Shown here: one piece after another, positions 31,301 through 38,239 of the stretch | Numbering within the stretch: position 1 is the first letter of the stretch | Layout of the letters: each line of letters begins with the position of its first letter | Assembly (NCBI GenBank): GCA_030603365.1 | Contig: JAUVXV010000006.1 | Location: 1 to 64,000 of the forward strand | Direction of reading: 5' to 3' | Origin: Candidatus Heimdallarchaeota archaeon | GTDB taxonomy: Archaea; Asgardarchaeota; Heimdallarchaeia; Heimdallarchaeales; Heimdallarchaeaceae | Length of the DNA stretch: 64,000 nt | Translations under genes and position numbers: made by a program | The notes under the pieces: generated by a model | Seen by the model: the letters and a program-made list of their open reading frames with translations, nothing else | Database searches by the model: none | Told to the model about the DNA's origin: nothing

Positions 31301-31878
31301 ATTTCAGTACCAGGTTCGTCTAGATAGTTTGGATCACCAGGGAGATATTCTCTCTGTTCCATAATCACAGGTTCATTCTTTTCTAAATTAATCATCAAAT
31401 GCATTTCATGTGTAATATCATCCATGAAATAACGCGAGCGAATTCTAGCGGGTAAGTCAACTGAAGACATTGAGTATAACAAGCACATTTTGGCTCCCAA
31501 TCCAAAACGTCCACGTGTCTGAATTACTCCATATTTAGTACCAGTTAGAACTCTTCCAAAAAGATCTGCAATTTGATGTCCAGGTACACCTGTACCATTA
31601 TCAGTGCAGGTTAGTTGGAGAAAATCAAGATGTTTTTCTAGCTTCTTATATTGCTTAACATCCAATAACTCATTGATTTCTCTACTGGAAAGTTTCCTTA
31701 AATCGATTCCTATTATAGGATTTATCCCTCTTTTTTCTGCTGCATCCAAACCATTTTCTACCAATTCTCTAATGCTGGTAAAGACAGCACGCATGGAATT
31801 TCCAAACCCAGCAATAGCTCGGTTATCATTGAAAAATGCTGCTGCAGACATCTTTTTTGTAACTGAAGTATCAGACAC
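19318..31878 (-). CDS. top6B: Giant (4186 aa) DNA topoisomerase VI subunit B: GHKL-H2TH-transducer core fused to a long HhH-like repeat array
   Basis: ELVENGLDA, DNGTG, RGRFGLGAK, GTEI, RYANRIPL, WNEYGL, ETSKEYI in the first ~540 aa. Then repeated L-x-x-x-GI-x-TI-x-DL modules and a K/T/S-rich tail. One unbroken 12.5-kb ORF. Confidence 0.92.
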   Translation of the reverse strand: MSDTSVTKKMSAAAFFNDNRAIAGFGNSMRAVFTSIRELVENGLDAAEKRGINPIIGIDLRKLSSREINELLDVKQYKKLEKHLDFLQLTCTDNGTGVPGHQIADLFGRVLTGTKYGVIQTRGRFGLGAKMCLLYSMSSVDLPARIRSRYFMDDITHEMHLMINLEKNEPVIMEQREYLPGDPNYLDEPGTEISITFTGAWSLAKNSVKEYFRQLAIITPYSTFNIVVPGDKEGEYDEIIYESVVDDMPEPPQYVKIHPWGCDITQFKAELGANKSKKLKLFLAEHFMGVTEDIAEDFFQLLEIDPNKNPKDLTSNEIRRIVHEGFVKAYQEAKDVKRKRDRVFQFESPKGSSLSPLGAGRLRKGLEKELTPQFVEAISRPAKAYSGHPFVIEVALGYGGGVNEASQARSATVQDNKIIYRYANRIPLIFGAGNDVITHVVSSIRWNEYGLTRQSDPLAVAVSLVSTKIPFPETSKEYISIVPEIEEEIRLALLQLGRRLKTFLGRAKRKRREHARLSRFVKSAPVIIDNLTQILEDEDLPLADFRFEKNRIASALAHGIPKKAKLFMPLSKRLLGLDIWCPKPIQNSLKAKRILSISDFLLTPTPELATILQLPAVQVYNIKLRTIYELDREGLSPDLDSRIFITRSVERRFDKKDGKSTLSLRDALNRRWIQNSYHFLATEYDKLHSVYGFAEKLFENKKDELINQLLLKNRKSDGSIRAGGSINELNKLTTISQLKIQHLFPTFKELKQKSRELLSADVSVEEFLYQLIYPNDINYQAEITVVLVEHLKDIFNTLSTKFPNFRSTNITKMKPDWTDGYTKNAFHRRKIRTIEDFVTASTDDLILVKELERILYATYLKILNKDSPSSKLADFVIFSNEEMKTQESALIKNLATKGITTLAKLINLSADQIYEPKLKQLLPLLLEESKRKLKQTLSEKEYDHSTAHIKIIPAGLEKELHKNQVFTSSAFLAYSSPELKKMGLNKRESERMKRALGTPFPEWLEHQELLRKYGINVFEELLFNSPEVYSMNAEDKKKYLDLIVFLRSPIIFIYPHLRDISHLIREVGLNCVGRFIIWPDDELAVILETSENKIKSMKKNISFSEFQRNKENLGKDLSLFKGIFPNLIEYFKTTNPTIQDLYYLYPSEKLHFTEGYWLMIENISKLSQMEIIELSHLFDKNHKRLPELKEALLRLKARNIVTIKQFLDLIPAIIESELSNTSQRNAALELYEILKTRKIDGTDEFKKQVLIISEFHEFQRALDLPVSRISKLTLADYESLRAKGIIAVHQLFEYTSAELASFLDKEEQEIIDLLSDFQLEQQGTIFFEKMDRNRFRSLVSFDFEDSERFSTHEIESLILAGYDTIDKIFYLAHPMIFSASLVHWNVVDKFRKLLRSPLTLVAWEKKVKKTIRIEGEEGTKTIEEDQITTLSTDQLNVLQNNGITRIIDLIVSQAEDIASYLNFNIEEAKSFQKNIRISDTGTDISELDLFKPEIVKALEEVNILTLEDLYFSSSEVKWDNSILPWSTVEAFKQVLNLPLAHISDMLDAELINTLKEVSVFTLLGFMLTSPESLMERTGIPDERIENIKRGLDLADILSYFSLPSYFLPTLTFEQTELLRANKILTIADFILTSTQKLNKLLKIPPKQIDEVKSSLTTQRIIAAYEDKGIFAFETRLFDKMEQRQLSRDSIFQFERFQTIQELFYESDPAFYQLNPELWPKISAVQKVLALPLRIFTEISEYSIEVWEQNNIKSVFQLLFIPDEEITDPLLYRSISSNSSKMLEMRSFHYFSKLPSSVYNCSFFKEIVQDFENKTLSDVITDPNVISHLLSKDKHYQAENYNLTIIRSLLELPLRITPFFTKIKKIQREDYTNTKIGDVFDIDLVEHSGLAPFHAKLMEVDSFNLLLKDLAIPISSMGLPREMALKLSKSSVNTLIDFFSIPISQISEITGLSKRYIIEIQNNLNYQLIVSFRKEQTHKILESSLVSEKQIQKLMDVGIIDIETLYYSAETQRISDILPIKNYQKVKEILSGSIRFIGFFSFDEIKRLEFYEINSVIDLALLDKKELFHITQNPIYKEFHALDILSLDELSDKRVEAAIPITLLPSIEEDYLEKIHKLGIYSIQDFNSRMAELRESHPHLVKLDVFREVQLYLASVAFIGLTNQQVQKLIYSGVGDILSFITEDVSTIAIILDISEKEVRKYLDKIEPISLAKEVNRKGVKIEEFPVLRKSTINYLLKSDKEYVQDVYSHYYQAFTITNVSDEVVKDFLGNCNISIFRIKEISTETKLKLSQMGVLRIIDFLCVNDTELKKVFDGSIPNEISEIRKGQFSLDRGTPLLLNEPIKNLLRDLYFDPDKKTVEDLFGFVPEHLLQFSEFERIEKISNISFVEQLVSFLSLSIFSLPYFDMETKIALRHNGVHHVIELISAKVQMMENTSPAVNRTIREFQVNFNLTKIMSETFSPFLNQAIKLPNEMSERFRSYGLTTGLFLFDFVQHPLFSFTDKEKRVSSNVTFNFFQPVSWLYDVINLDVKNFNRLRDKQATNILTAQLLFTESKSKPEIVAFPDSIISKFNRAINDEVIDLKPPSWAIKLVDMALITDSKFLKKLKTKKIFYLEELIAADSQIVSDNKISSEIKPILYSLRNFNISSVDGLSPVQIQKLKQNGIHNVFQFLSLPPPMISKITGQTVEKIIALITQIDLSDLESSAKLVGLDIDLFTEISDNVKNLLKEHGCVSLTQAANLKLDQLAISQEDKKSLTQLVSMLLSPITIIGKVLKLSKKEVDELLSNNVLTYTDLLEVPQQKWSASIKRLISRQKTNPNYLIKRLHDIKKFGVSIEKLGLKKAITESLISAGITTIDHLLYLPSHHITSRSKLKEEDFEELIIKLNSSPSLIPGFSKELLIYIYNKEHYTIADLLVNFHNLSKEHVKTILDGVDTIKNIEELKFKDPLSTTEKYIIGKEFHSYTSLLTSKRFVEDKRMFSRVAPYLLANIRYLELENKVEAALKRADIKTIADLLIVSQKTIATQARTSITKIREIIMSINIDDVESKIISKQDSHLRDAFFLTDRDKDFLKSVGVFNLADLREYSVYPWIVSDSRIDKIIGRIGSILQTPILYYKELLKLPFYEIEKNYLMKGIYSVQELMTLSEQKEIDNITEFLRTFSASTEKIKEDFITIIQIFNEAEFSSINQDLKAKNLTLFNELLLEMYIKYNKLSSENQKILQILKHPISASSKFNSTDIEILSSKNIYTFVDLLIKPSSYWPTFAPIKLKTKIQELIPTLTFGKIKSDINKRIKISSIKIFNPNIRKELSSYYQTIDELILDIANDNYRISKSVINSVEKILTTSILLIKLPKIPLKGWKKISKGLKEIGDLYRLTNKELASSLSIPANDVKKLIINLTPDNILKPPILKANKILSSTDIIELNKLGLRDYIKLLEMISSKNTIPKNLKEKINTLVKLDVKKIEPKITESLTLIELLFLFPNLQSLSLSKSQKDILQRTSDFIFSKGTELCNVLNIDQANQKLQCPDLSLEYLLLLHSFDEKLYSSILSGLPEQYDTQIKELFVYLERPPILLSEPTIENINQIATQEFESIAELLLEPKQSLFSVVTDKTLQRNIRNISLNLLKELKNNLIKFPAKLFTTSELNTLKRNSIYSVEEALLFSKRAKSKGTKEWQLCQRLKNIMTLQLNDLPTLIEDKEAFAYATKNKLATIYDLLAHCKHKSGSEAICKDILPLIRFDSLAELITNEQRRLSNFVKETDINTNLKKRDLRTFGSLYNYIEQVGVQGLEPDLEKLLSVLRAPISILTNDRSFLSKLDNLGYSQVFDLLLPADISSLLTKSKLSDKQNISAKTMIMKLSFVNIADIITADCYPINIVSFIDDTTKRQLIRAGYSTISHLNVSDEILMKTSGLKTLLLSRIKKILNTPFYYLSDLIRENPTSLFILYSKGFSVINDLFVSNCKQLSSQISVPERQLKTILSTLTNQSIKLAQKDETALKVSLPYIENQEIQKLGAAGITSIQELLFPKKETRKSSALTLAKVEKLVQYLDKEIEELDVKADILEQIKQLGISNFKEFVFYPSTVLDSQVNLSYMGIKSLKNRLPLKTTKTSKAKKTTPTKTTVKKTPSTGSKPKSSTSTKKPATKATTKSTRPKSTKQTTLMDMGSESKRIQTSTTSSNGSSKSKSRSSGK
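19600..30150 (-). repeat. Protein-level array of about 50 degenerate HhH / RadA-N / alpha-CTD-like modules within Top6B (boundaries approximate)
   Basis: Examples: NLATKGITTLAKL, VLQNNGITRIIDL, SLISAGITTIDHL, ALKRADIKTIADL, KLGAAGITSIQEL. Not repetitive at DNA level. Confidence 0.75.
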
Positions 31879-32233
31879 GATTGTAACCCCTTCGGTTGAA
31901 ATTTTATTCCTATTATATATATAAGATTATTGTCGGAATAAGTACAATGTGAGTAATATTACACCGTATCTATATATAAAGTTGAATTTTGTTCCCATGT
32001 TACGTTTAAAAAGTGGTTCATAATCTTAATAGTTGTAGTAAAGGCTATGATTACGGGTGTTTTTATAGTAAAATCTAGATAAAAGGAAAGATGGTGCAAG
32101 CATTACGAGTTGAGTGTATAGAAGTAAATAATCATCCAGCTTTAAGTAGAACTATGTCATAAACTTGAATTTCATCGGCAACTTAATAGAAAAGTCTTAA
32201 AATCAATGCAAATAATCAATAATTGAAGCACTG

Positions 32234-33490
32234 ATGTCAAGAATGAAAGCGATTCTAAAACGAGGAAAGAAGAAAGATAGAGATTATCCTAAGCAGGTTA
32301 ATGGTTTCTTAGAATTTAATTATAGAGGAATCATTTCTGACAATAGAACAGAAGAAAATCCATTAATTGGTTGCGAGAGTTCTGATACACTTTATCTAGA
32401 AGGAGAGTATAGAGAAACTCCAGTAAGTTTAATCCTAACTGGAAGTTATGGTGAAGCGATTTCTGAAAATTTAAACAAGAGATTCAGCAACTCCAATCCT
32501 TCAGCAATTTATCTTGGTTTTAATACTGATTTTCAAAAATCTTCTGATCTTCCCAGTATTGTATTACCACCAGAAGATAGAGAAATAAACTCTTTTCTTC
32601 AAGGAAAGAACTGGTACCAAAAGAACGAAGAGAGAATCAAATCTTATGTAAAAAAAGCTATTAGGAATACTTCAATTGCATTCATTTTTTTAGACAATAA
32701 TCCGTTCATACTTGGCTTAATGCAAAATGTCATTACTTACATCAAAGATATGAAGACTCAACCTGTTCTATTCTTGCATCTTCCTTCAGAAGTAGACAAA
32801 ATAAACGAAGAATTCTCAATTCTAGCTTTTATCTATAATATATTGAAAAAAGAGACTTCTTTTAATGCACCAATCGTAATCGTAGATGAAAAATACGCAT
32901 TGAAATTAAATTCGAACATATCTATAGAAGAAATGCGAAACATGATTATTCAAAGAGAAGCTAATTTAATAGCAGATTTACTTTTAGGAATCTCACAATC
33001 ATCAAATTTCTATCATACAGATCAAAGCAATTTTGACAGAATTTTTAGAGAATCTAATGGAATTTGTCAGCTATTTAGTTTGGATATTTATGATAATAAT
33101 CCAGATCTATCATACCTGTTTAAACGTCATAAAAAAGCTTGTAGTTTTTTAAGCACTGAAAAACCTACTCGGGGATACGTAATTATACAATCTGGAAATG
33201 AAGGTTTAAAAACTGAAATCTACCAGAATATTAGAGAATTTTATGGAAATTCAGATGTGATACTTTCAATATTAAGTAAGAGGGCTAATGGTGCAATTAT
33301 TAGAGGTGTTTATAGTTTTATTTCTACTCCTAGAAATCTTTTAGATAGATATTCAAAATTTGACAAAGTGTCAGTTTTGTTATATGACATTGAAGATCAA
33401 GTTAAAGCAGTAACAAAAGAAAAATTGTATGAAGAGGTTCTAAATGCTAAAAGATTTGAGCTAAAATTATTAGAAGAAGTGAAAAAATAA
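32234..33490 (+). CDS. Degenerate FtsZ/tubulin (CetZ-like) fold protein lacking the GGGTG(S/T)G motif
   Basis: LILTGSYGEAISENL (T1), GFNTD (T2), AFIFLDNNPFILG in place of T4, LFLHLP, IVIVDE, TDQSNFDRIF (T7). Shares IRGV with 39597..40736. Confidence 0.55.
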   Translation: MSRMKAILKRGKKKDRDYPKQVNGFLEFNYRGIISDNRTEENPLIGCESSDTLYLEGEYRETPVSLILTGSYGEAISENLNKRFSNSNPSAIYLGFNTDFQKSSDLPSIVLPPEDREINSFLQGKNWYQKNEERIKSYVKKAIRNTSIAFIFLDNNPFILGLMQNVITYIKDMKTQPVLFLHLPSEVDKINEEFSILAFIYNILKKETSFNAPIVIVDEKYALKLNSNISIEEMRNMIIQREANLIADLLLGISQSSNFYHTDQSNFDRIFRESNGICQLFSLDIYDNNPDLSYLFKRHKKACSFLSTEKPTRGYVIIQSGNEGLKTEIYQNIREFYGNSDVILSILSKRANGAIIRGVYSFISTPRNLLDRYSKFDKVSVLLYDIEDQVKAVTKEKLYEEVLNAKRFELKLLEEVKK

Positions 33491-33657
33491 GAACCTAGTT
33501 CAGTTATGCAATCAATTTTACAAAGTTGAACCATAAAACATATTAATATTCTATCTTGTTCTTCGTTAAAGTTAAATCTAGTTGAAGGATAGTGTTGTCG
33601 TTAACTTTAAATATCTATCCTAAAACGAGACATCAAAAGTAAATATGAGGATTCACT

Positions 33658-36600
33658 ATGGATAAAAGACTTCGAGTTTTAATAGGTACTTTAATCTTAG
33701 TTGTTACAATTGGCTCAGCTGTAGTGATTGGAATCATCCTTCCTAGAACTTCAATATCTCTGATGAATGAAATCAACTCGAGATTAAATGAATATGGCCG
33801 ATTAAACGACAATGATTTCATTCCACAAGGTGGAATCGAAACCCCATCAGATTGGATGTATACCAACATCTCTGATGTAGATTCAAGATTTTATGATCAA
33901 GCTCATATCGAATTTTTCAATGTAAGTGACCGTGAAGGATATTTAGATTATAATACGCCTATAGCTTATTACTTCGTTCAAGGAGAGCTTGTTTTTGATA
34001 TTACTATAAACAAAACAGTAAAAGCTTACAATATTGAAGATGATTATGTTGTTTATGCTCAAAGAAAACAATACACGTTTAATGAGACTGCATCGTCTTT
34101 AAGTCCTAATGCAACTGTTTTGAATTTTAATTATATGTGGCCTTACTATATAGCTAATTTTGGAAATGGATCAGAGTACGGATTTCAAGCATATATGGCT
34201 GCTTATCTGATTGAATCAGAACTTGAATTAATCAAAGATATTAAAGGATGGACAGATTCTGAAGTAGCTTATGCTACACTAAATAGAGGATATGCTGAAG
34301 CAAATGGAATTGTTGATTTAGGGATATATCTTCCTCATAATTGGATTAGTGTTCGTCCAGCTTATCAAAATCTAGATTTTGACCAAGCAACAAGTTACAA
34401 AATATTCTTCAATGCTACATATAATGGACATGACTATTCTCTGATAACAGGAGAATATGGTTCCCAAAAATATTTCCTTGATATAGTACGAGGATTGTAT
34501 TATGACTCCGGAGATATTACTATAGACCCAGTTCAACTTTTAGCAGACATTTATGGCATAGATACAGCTGCAGAAAGATTATCTGCAATGTCTTTAGCAG
34601 CATATTTGGATTATCTATCAAATCAACCATCATTAGATTGGTTATACGACAATAAAATATCATATGTATGCTCTAGAACTGCAATGGAATGGGTAATGGG
34701 TATTGAGGATCCACTCTTAGGTGAAACATTCCCTCTACTTAAGAATGAAACCATTTCAAGCGACAGTATTAATTGGGATACCGATCTTTATTATGCAGAA
34801 AAATTGGGTACAAATAATATTAAAGACATAAATCAAATCATCGGAATAGCTAACATTCCTTATTACCATTATGCAGAATCAAGTGATGTCACTGTTAGAG
34901 GGAATTATTCATATGTTCAAGAAGGCAATGATATAAAAATTGTTAGAAATGATCATCCTCTATTTATGGCAATAGGTCAATTTGGCGATTATGATGGGGT
35001 CATAGAAGCTTTTGATGTTAATGGAGATCTCATATACGTTGCAGAAGGAACAAACGGATTAGAGATAATTGATGCTTTCAATAAAAGGTATATGGAGAAG
35101 TATTTTCAATGGAGTAATTTTGGTATTGATGATATCCGAGATTTAGAAATTCTTTACTTTGATGAGAACGGTGCTAATGCAACCATGGTTTTTGCAAATG
35201 GTGAGTATGGAACTGTAGTTCTTGTAGAAATTGATGCTGCTACAGGTTTACCAACAGATAATTTCTGGTCAGAAACTGCTGATGGGTCAGTTTATGCAAT
35301 TGATGTAGTAAATGACACATCTTATGCAGCTTATGCAGCCTTGGGACCTGATGGAATTAATACTTTCACAATCGATGCAACAGGATCAGACATTATTACA
35401 CTTGTAAATCACTACACCTCTTTAGACTTTCCTGAACTTACTAATGTCTTAGATGTAAAAGCTGAAGGTTTTTACCTATATGTTCTAGATGAAGTAGAAG
35501 GATTGTTGATATTCCAACTTAGTGCAGCTGGAGTAATCAATTCTCTTGTAGGACAATACACATTCCTTCCAACTGATTCTCATTATACTAACTTCCACCT
35601 AGATATTGATAATGACTTAATTTATCTAACTCAAGGAGAAGATGGTCTAGTAGTAGTTGATATTTCCTCTAAGTCAAGTCCATCAGAAGCATATCGCTTT
35701 ACAGGTGTTGATCATAAGGGAACAGCTTTAGGTGTATATGTAAATGGAACTGATGTTTATCTAGCAGATTTCGAAGAAGGTTTAGTTCATTTACAAATAC
35801 AAGAAGGAACAGGAACCATTGAAGTAATTGCAAAAGACGAACTTCATTCATTTATAGAGAGCTGGCAAAGAAACAGTAGAACTCAATTAGGAGGCTGGGA
35901 TCTTGGTCCAACAGCTGAAATTGAAGGTATAAAATTCAATAGAACATATGCCTCATATTCAACATATCCAAATATTGACAAAGGTTTAAGACTTCAATGG
36001 TCAGATCTTTTCTTAAGACCATTCTCTTACACATCTGAAACAGATACAGCACTTTTCTTTGATGAAATAGTCTATTACTATAAAGCAGAATATCAAATTC
36101 CATATCGTCAGATGGAAGAATTTGATCTATATTGGATGCATGATGCAAACTTTATCAACTCAAGTTACATCTATGTTGGACGATGGGGTCTAGAAACTGG
36201 ATTAGATTTAGATCCTGATGACTTTTTCATAACACATTCGTTGCCAGGACAACCAAGAGATCCTTTCCACATGCATGAAATGTTTGTTGAACCAGTAACT
36301 GGAAGTGTAGTTGAAAGAAGAGATAGAATTCAATACAATAGTATAGCAAGAAAATATATTGAGTTTTATGATTATCTTGATCCATTCAAATTCGGATTAA
36401 ATGAAGAATTCTTTGATCCTGAAGCTGATTTAGAACCTTATCAATTCTATAAAACATGGCATACAACATTTCCAGGATTAGAAGGAGGTATGGGAACAAT
36501 CTTCTGGCAAGAAGATGTCCATCATGCAACTGAAGTATTCTATGATGATATCAAAGAACTGTTCCTTAACAGAATTAAAGGAGCAGATGCTTCCAGAACA

Positions 36601-36690
36601 GGTGGAGCATTTGGTGCTATGTTTTTAGTTACTGTTGGATTTGTTGTAACTTCAGTAGTTCTACAAAGAACAAAACCAAAAGAAGATTAG
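33658..36690 (+). CDS. CD36/scavenger-receptor-B-like two-TM protein with inserted LVIVD beta-propeller repeats
   Basis: N- and C-terminal TMs. EFFNVSD, YAQRKQYTFN, RTAMEWVMGIEDPLL, VEPVTG-x6-RIQYN, IFWQE. LVIVD units (LIYVAEGTNGLEIID, LIYLTQGEDGLVVVDIS). Confidence 0.7.
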   Translation: MDKRLRVLIGTLILVVTIGSAVVIGIILPRTSISLMNEINSRLNEYGRLNDNDFIPQGGIETPSDWMYTNISDVDSRFYDQAHIEFFNVSDREGYLDYNTPIAYYFVQGELVFDITINKTVKAYNIEDDYVVYAQRKQYTFNETASSLSPNATVLNFNYMWPYYIANFGNGSEYGFQAYMAAYLIESELELIKDIKGWTDSEVAYATLNRGYAEANGIVDLGIYLPHNWISVRPAYQNLDFDQATSYKIFFNATYNGHDYSLITGEYGSQKYFLDIVRGLYYDSGDITIDPVQLLADIYGIDTAAERLSAMSLAAYLDYLSNQPSLDWLYDNKISYVCSRTAMEWVMGIEDPLLGETFPLLKNETISSDSINWDTDLYYAEKLGTNNIKDINQIIGIANIPYYHYAESSDVTVRGNYSYVQEGNDIKIVRNDHPLFMAIGQFGDYDGVIEAFDVNGDLIYVAEGTNGLEIIDAFNKRYMEKYFQWSNFGIDDIRDLEILYFDENGANATMVFANGEYGTVVLVEIDAATGLPTDNFWSETADGSVYAIDVVNDTSYAAYAALGPDGINTFTIDATGSDIITLVNHYTSLDFPELTNVLDVKAEGFYLYVLDEVEGLLIFQLSAAGVINSLVGQYTFLPTDSHYTNFHLDIDNDLIYLTQGEDGLVVVDISSKSSPSEAYRFTGVDHKGTALGVYVNGTDVYLADFEEGLVHLQIQEGTGTIEVIAKDELHSFIESWQRNSRTQLGGWDLGPTAEIEGIKFNRTYASYSTYPNIDKGLRLQWSDLFLRPFSYTSETDTALFFDEIVYYYKAEYQIPYRQMEEFDLYWMHDANFINSSYIYVGRWGLETGLDLDPDDFFITHSLPGQPRDPFHMHEMFVEPVTGSVVERRDRIQYNSIARKYIEFYDYLDPFKFGLNEEFFDPEADLEPYQFYKTWHTTFPGLEGGMGTIFWQEDVHHATEVFYDDIKELFLNRIKGADASRTGGAFGAMFLVTVGFVVTSVVLQRTKPKED

Positions 36691-36715
36691 AAATAATCTT
36701 TTTTCTTATTTTATT
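36681..36715 (+). terminator. Hairpin plus T-tract between convergent genes
   Basis: AAGATTA-GAAA-TAATCTT followed by TTTTCTTATTTT. Confidence 0.55.
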
Positions 36716-36726
36716 ATTCTTCATTT

Positions 36727-38169
36727 TTATTTATCAGAAATAATTTCGTTCACGTCTAACAGTTGGATTGTATGAGTTTTACCAGAGATTCCAACCATTG
36801 ATCCTGCAACAAGTACCACATTATCAGTTTTTTCTAGATATTTTTGCTCATGCATTTTCCTAATTACATTGTAAACTAACATCTCATAGTCTTGTTCAAA
36901 TTCATGTAAAAATGGTTTTACACCCCAGAATAAACGGGTAACCCGTTTAGTAAAATGGTCTGGGGTTACTGCAAAAATGGGAAGGTTTTTCCTGTTTCGT
37001 GAAACCATACTTGCTGAATAACCAGTCTGAGTTAGTGCAATAATTGCTTTTGCAGACATTCTTTCTGCAAGTTGAACAGCTGAAATACCTATTTCCTTTC
37101 CTATATTTGCTTCAGAATCAGCTGTTAAAAGCATAGGCATATCTAGTGATAGATTTCTTTCAGTTTCACAGATTATTTCCTGCATTGTCTTAAGAACATG
37201 TAAAGGATGTAATCCAGTTGCAGTTTCAGCTGATAACATGAGAGCATCAGCACCGTCGAAAACTGCATGAGCAACATCACTTGCTTCGGCTCTTGTAGGC
37301 AGAGGTTCTTTAGTCATAGATTCGAGCATTTGAGTAGCAACGATAATAGGTTTAGCATATGTCATCCCTAATTTAATTAGCTTCTTCTGAAGTACAGGAA
37401 CTTTAGCAAGACCTACCTCTATTGCTAGATCACCTCTTGCAACCATTAAACCATCACTATATTCAATGATTTCTTGAATATTATCCAAGGGGTCTTTGTG
37501 CTCAATTTTAGCAATAAGATTAATGTTTTTGTTTGTATTTGATTCTACTATTTCTTTGACTTTCTCAAGATCATTTACACTTCTTACAAAAGAGATGAAA
37601 AGAAAATCAGTTTCAAGCTCACATGCTTTTTTTAAATCCTTGATATCCTTAGGAGTAGGAACTCTAATCGATAGATTAGCATCCGGAATATTGATCCCTT
37701 TTCTTGATGAAATCTCTCCACCATCCATAACAGTACAAATAACTTCATTTCCTTTAATCTCTTTAACATCCAACTTTACAAGACCATCATTAATGAAGAT
37801 TGAATTACCAGGAGTAACCTCTTTAGAAAAAGAAGGAAGATTAACAGGAATTAAATCATCCTTACCAACAACATTCCGTGATGTTAGAGTAACGGAGGTT
37901 TTCCTCTTAAGAAGAATCTTACCTTCTAAATTACCTAATCTAATCTTAGGTCCGCTAATATCTATCCCAATAGCCACATCATTGCAGATATTGCGAATTG
38001 ATTCAAATATTTGTTCATGACTTTTATGATCACCATGAGAAAAGTTTAATCGAGCTACATCCATACCTGAATCAATCATTTTCTTAAGAACATCAGTAGA
38101 GCTAGATGCTGGACCAATAGTACAAACAATCTTAGTTAATCTCAATATTATCAATAGAACTATTATCAA
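36727..38169 (-). CDS. pyk: Pyruvate kinase (likely start TTG 38145)
   Basis: TKIVCTIGPAS, ARLNFSHG, IAKIE, MVARGDL, ATQMLESM, DALMLSAETA. Confidence 0.97.
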   Translation of the reverse strand: MIIVLLIILRLTKIVCTIGPASSSTDVLKKMIDSGMDVARLNFSHGDHKSHEQIFESIRNICNDVAIGIDISGPKIRLGNLEGKILLKRKTSVTLTSRNVVGKDDLIPVNLPSFSKEVTPGNSIFINDGLVKLDVKEIKGNEVICTVMDGGEISSRKGINIPDANLSIRVPTPKDIKDLKKACELETDFLFISFVRSVNDLEKVKEIVESNTNKNINLIAKIEHKDPLDNIQEIIEYSDGLMVARGDLAIEVGLAKVPVLQKKLIKLGMTYAKPIIVATQMLESMTKEPLPTRAEASDVAHAVFDGADALMLSAETATGLHPLHVLKTMQEIICETERNLSLDMPMLLTADSEANIGKEIGISAVQLAERMSAKAIIALTQTGYSASMVSRNRKNLPIFAVTPDHFTKRVTRLFWGVKPFLHEFEQDYEMLVYNVIRKMHEQKYLEKTDNVVLVAGSMVGISGKTHTIQLLDVNEIISDK

Positions 38170-38239
38170 TCTTACATTAAAATGTTTACGACCCTATTAC
38201 GAAACGATTAAAAATAAGCAAACAGTATAATGAATTGTT

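Noticed and set aside
19318-31878. Inteins or a DNA-level tandem duplication as the cause of Top6B size
   Set aside because: No intein splice-junction or LAGLIDADG motifs recognised, the core motifs are contiguous, and the modules are highly diverged in nucleotide sequence.
19310-31924. Many short + strand ORFs opposite top6B, and similar antisense or nested ORFs elsewhere (e.g. 239..619, 2121..2345, 10185..10529, 37496..38020, 48022..48622, 63067..63466)
   Set aside because: Shadow frames of well-supported genes; no motifs or independent start signals.
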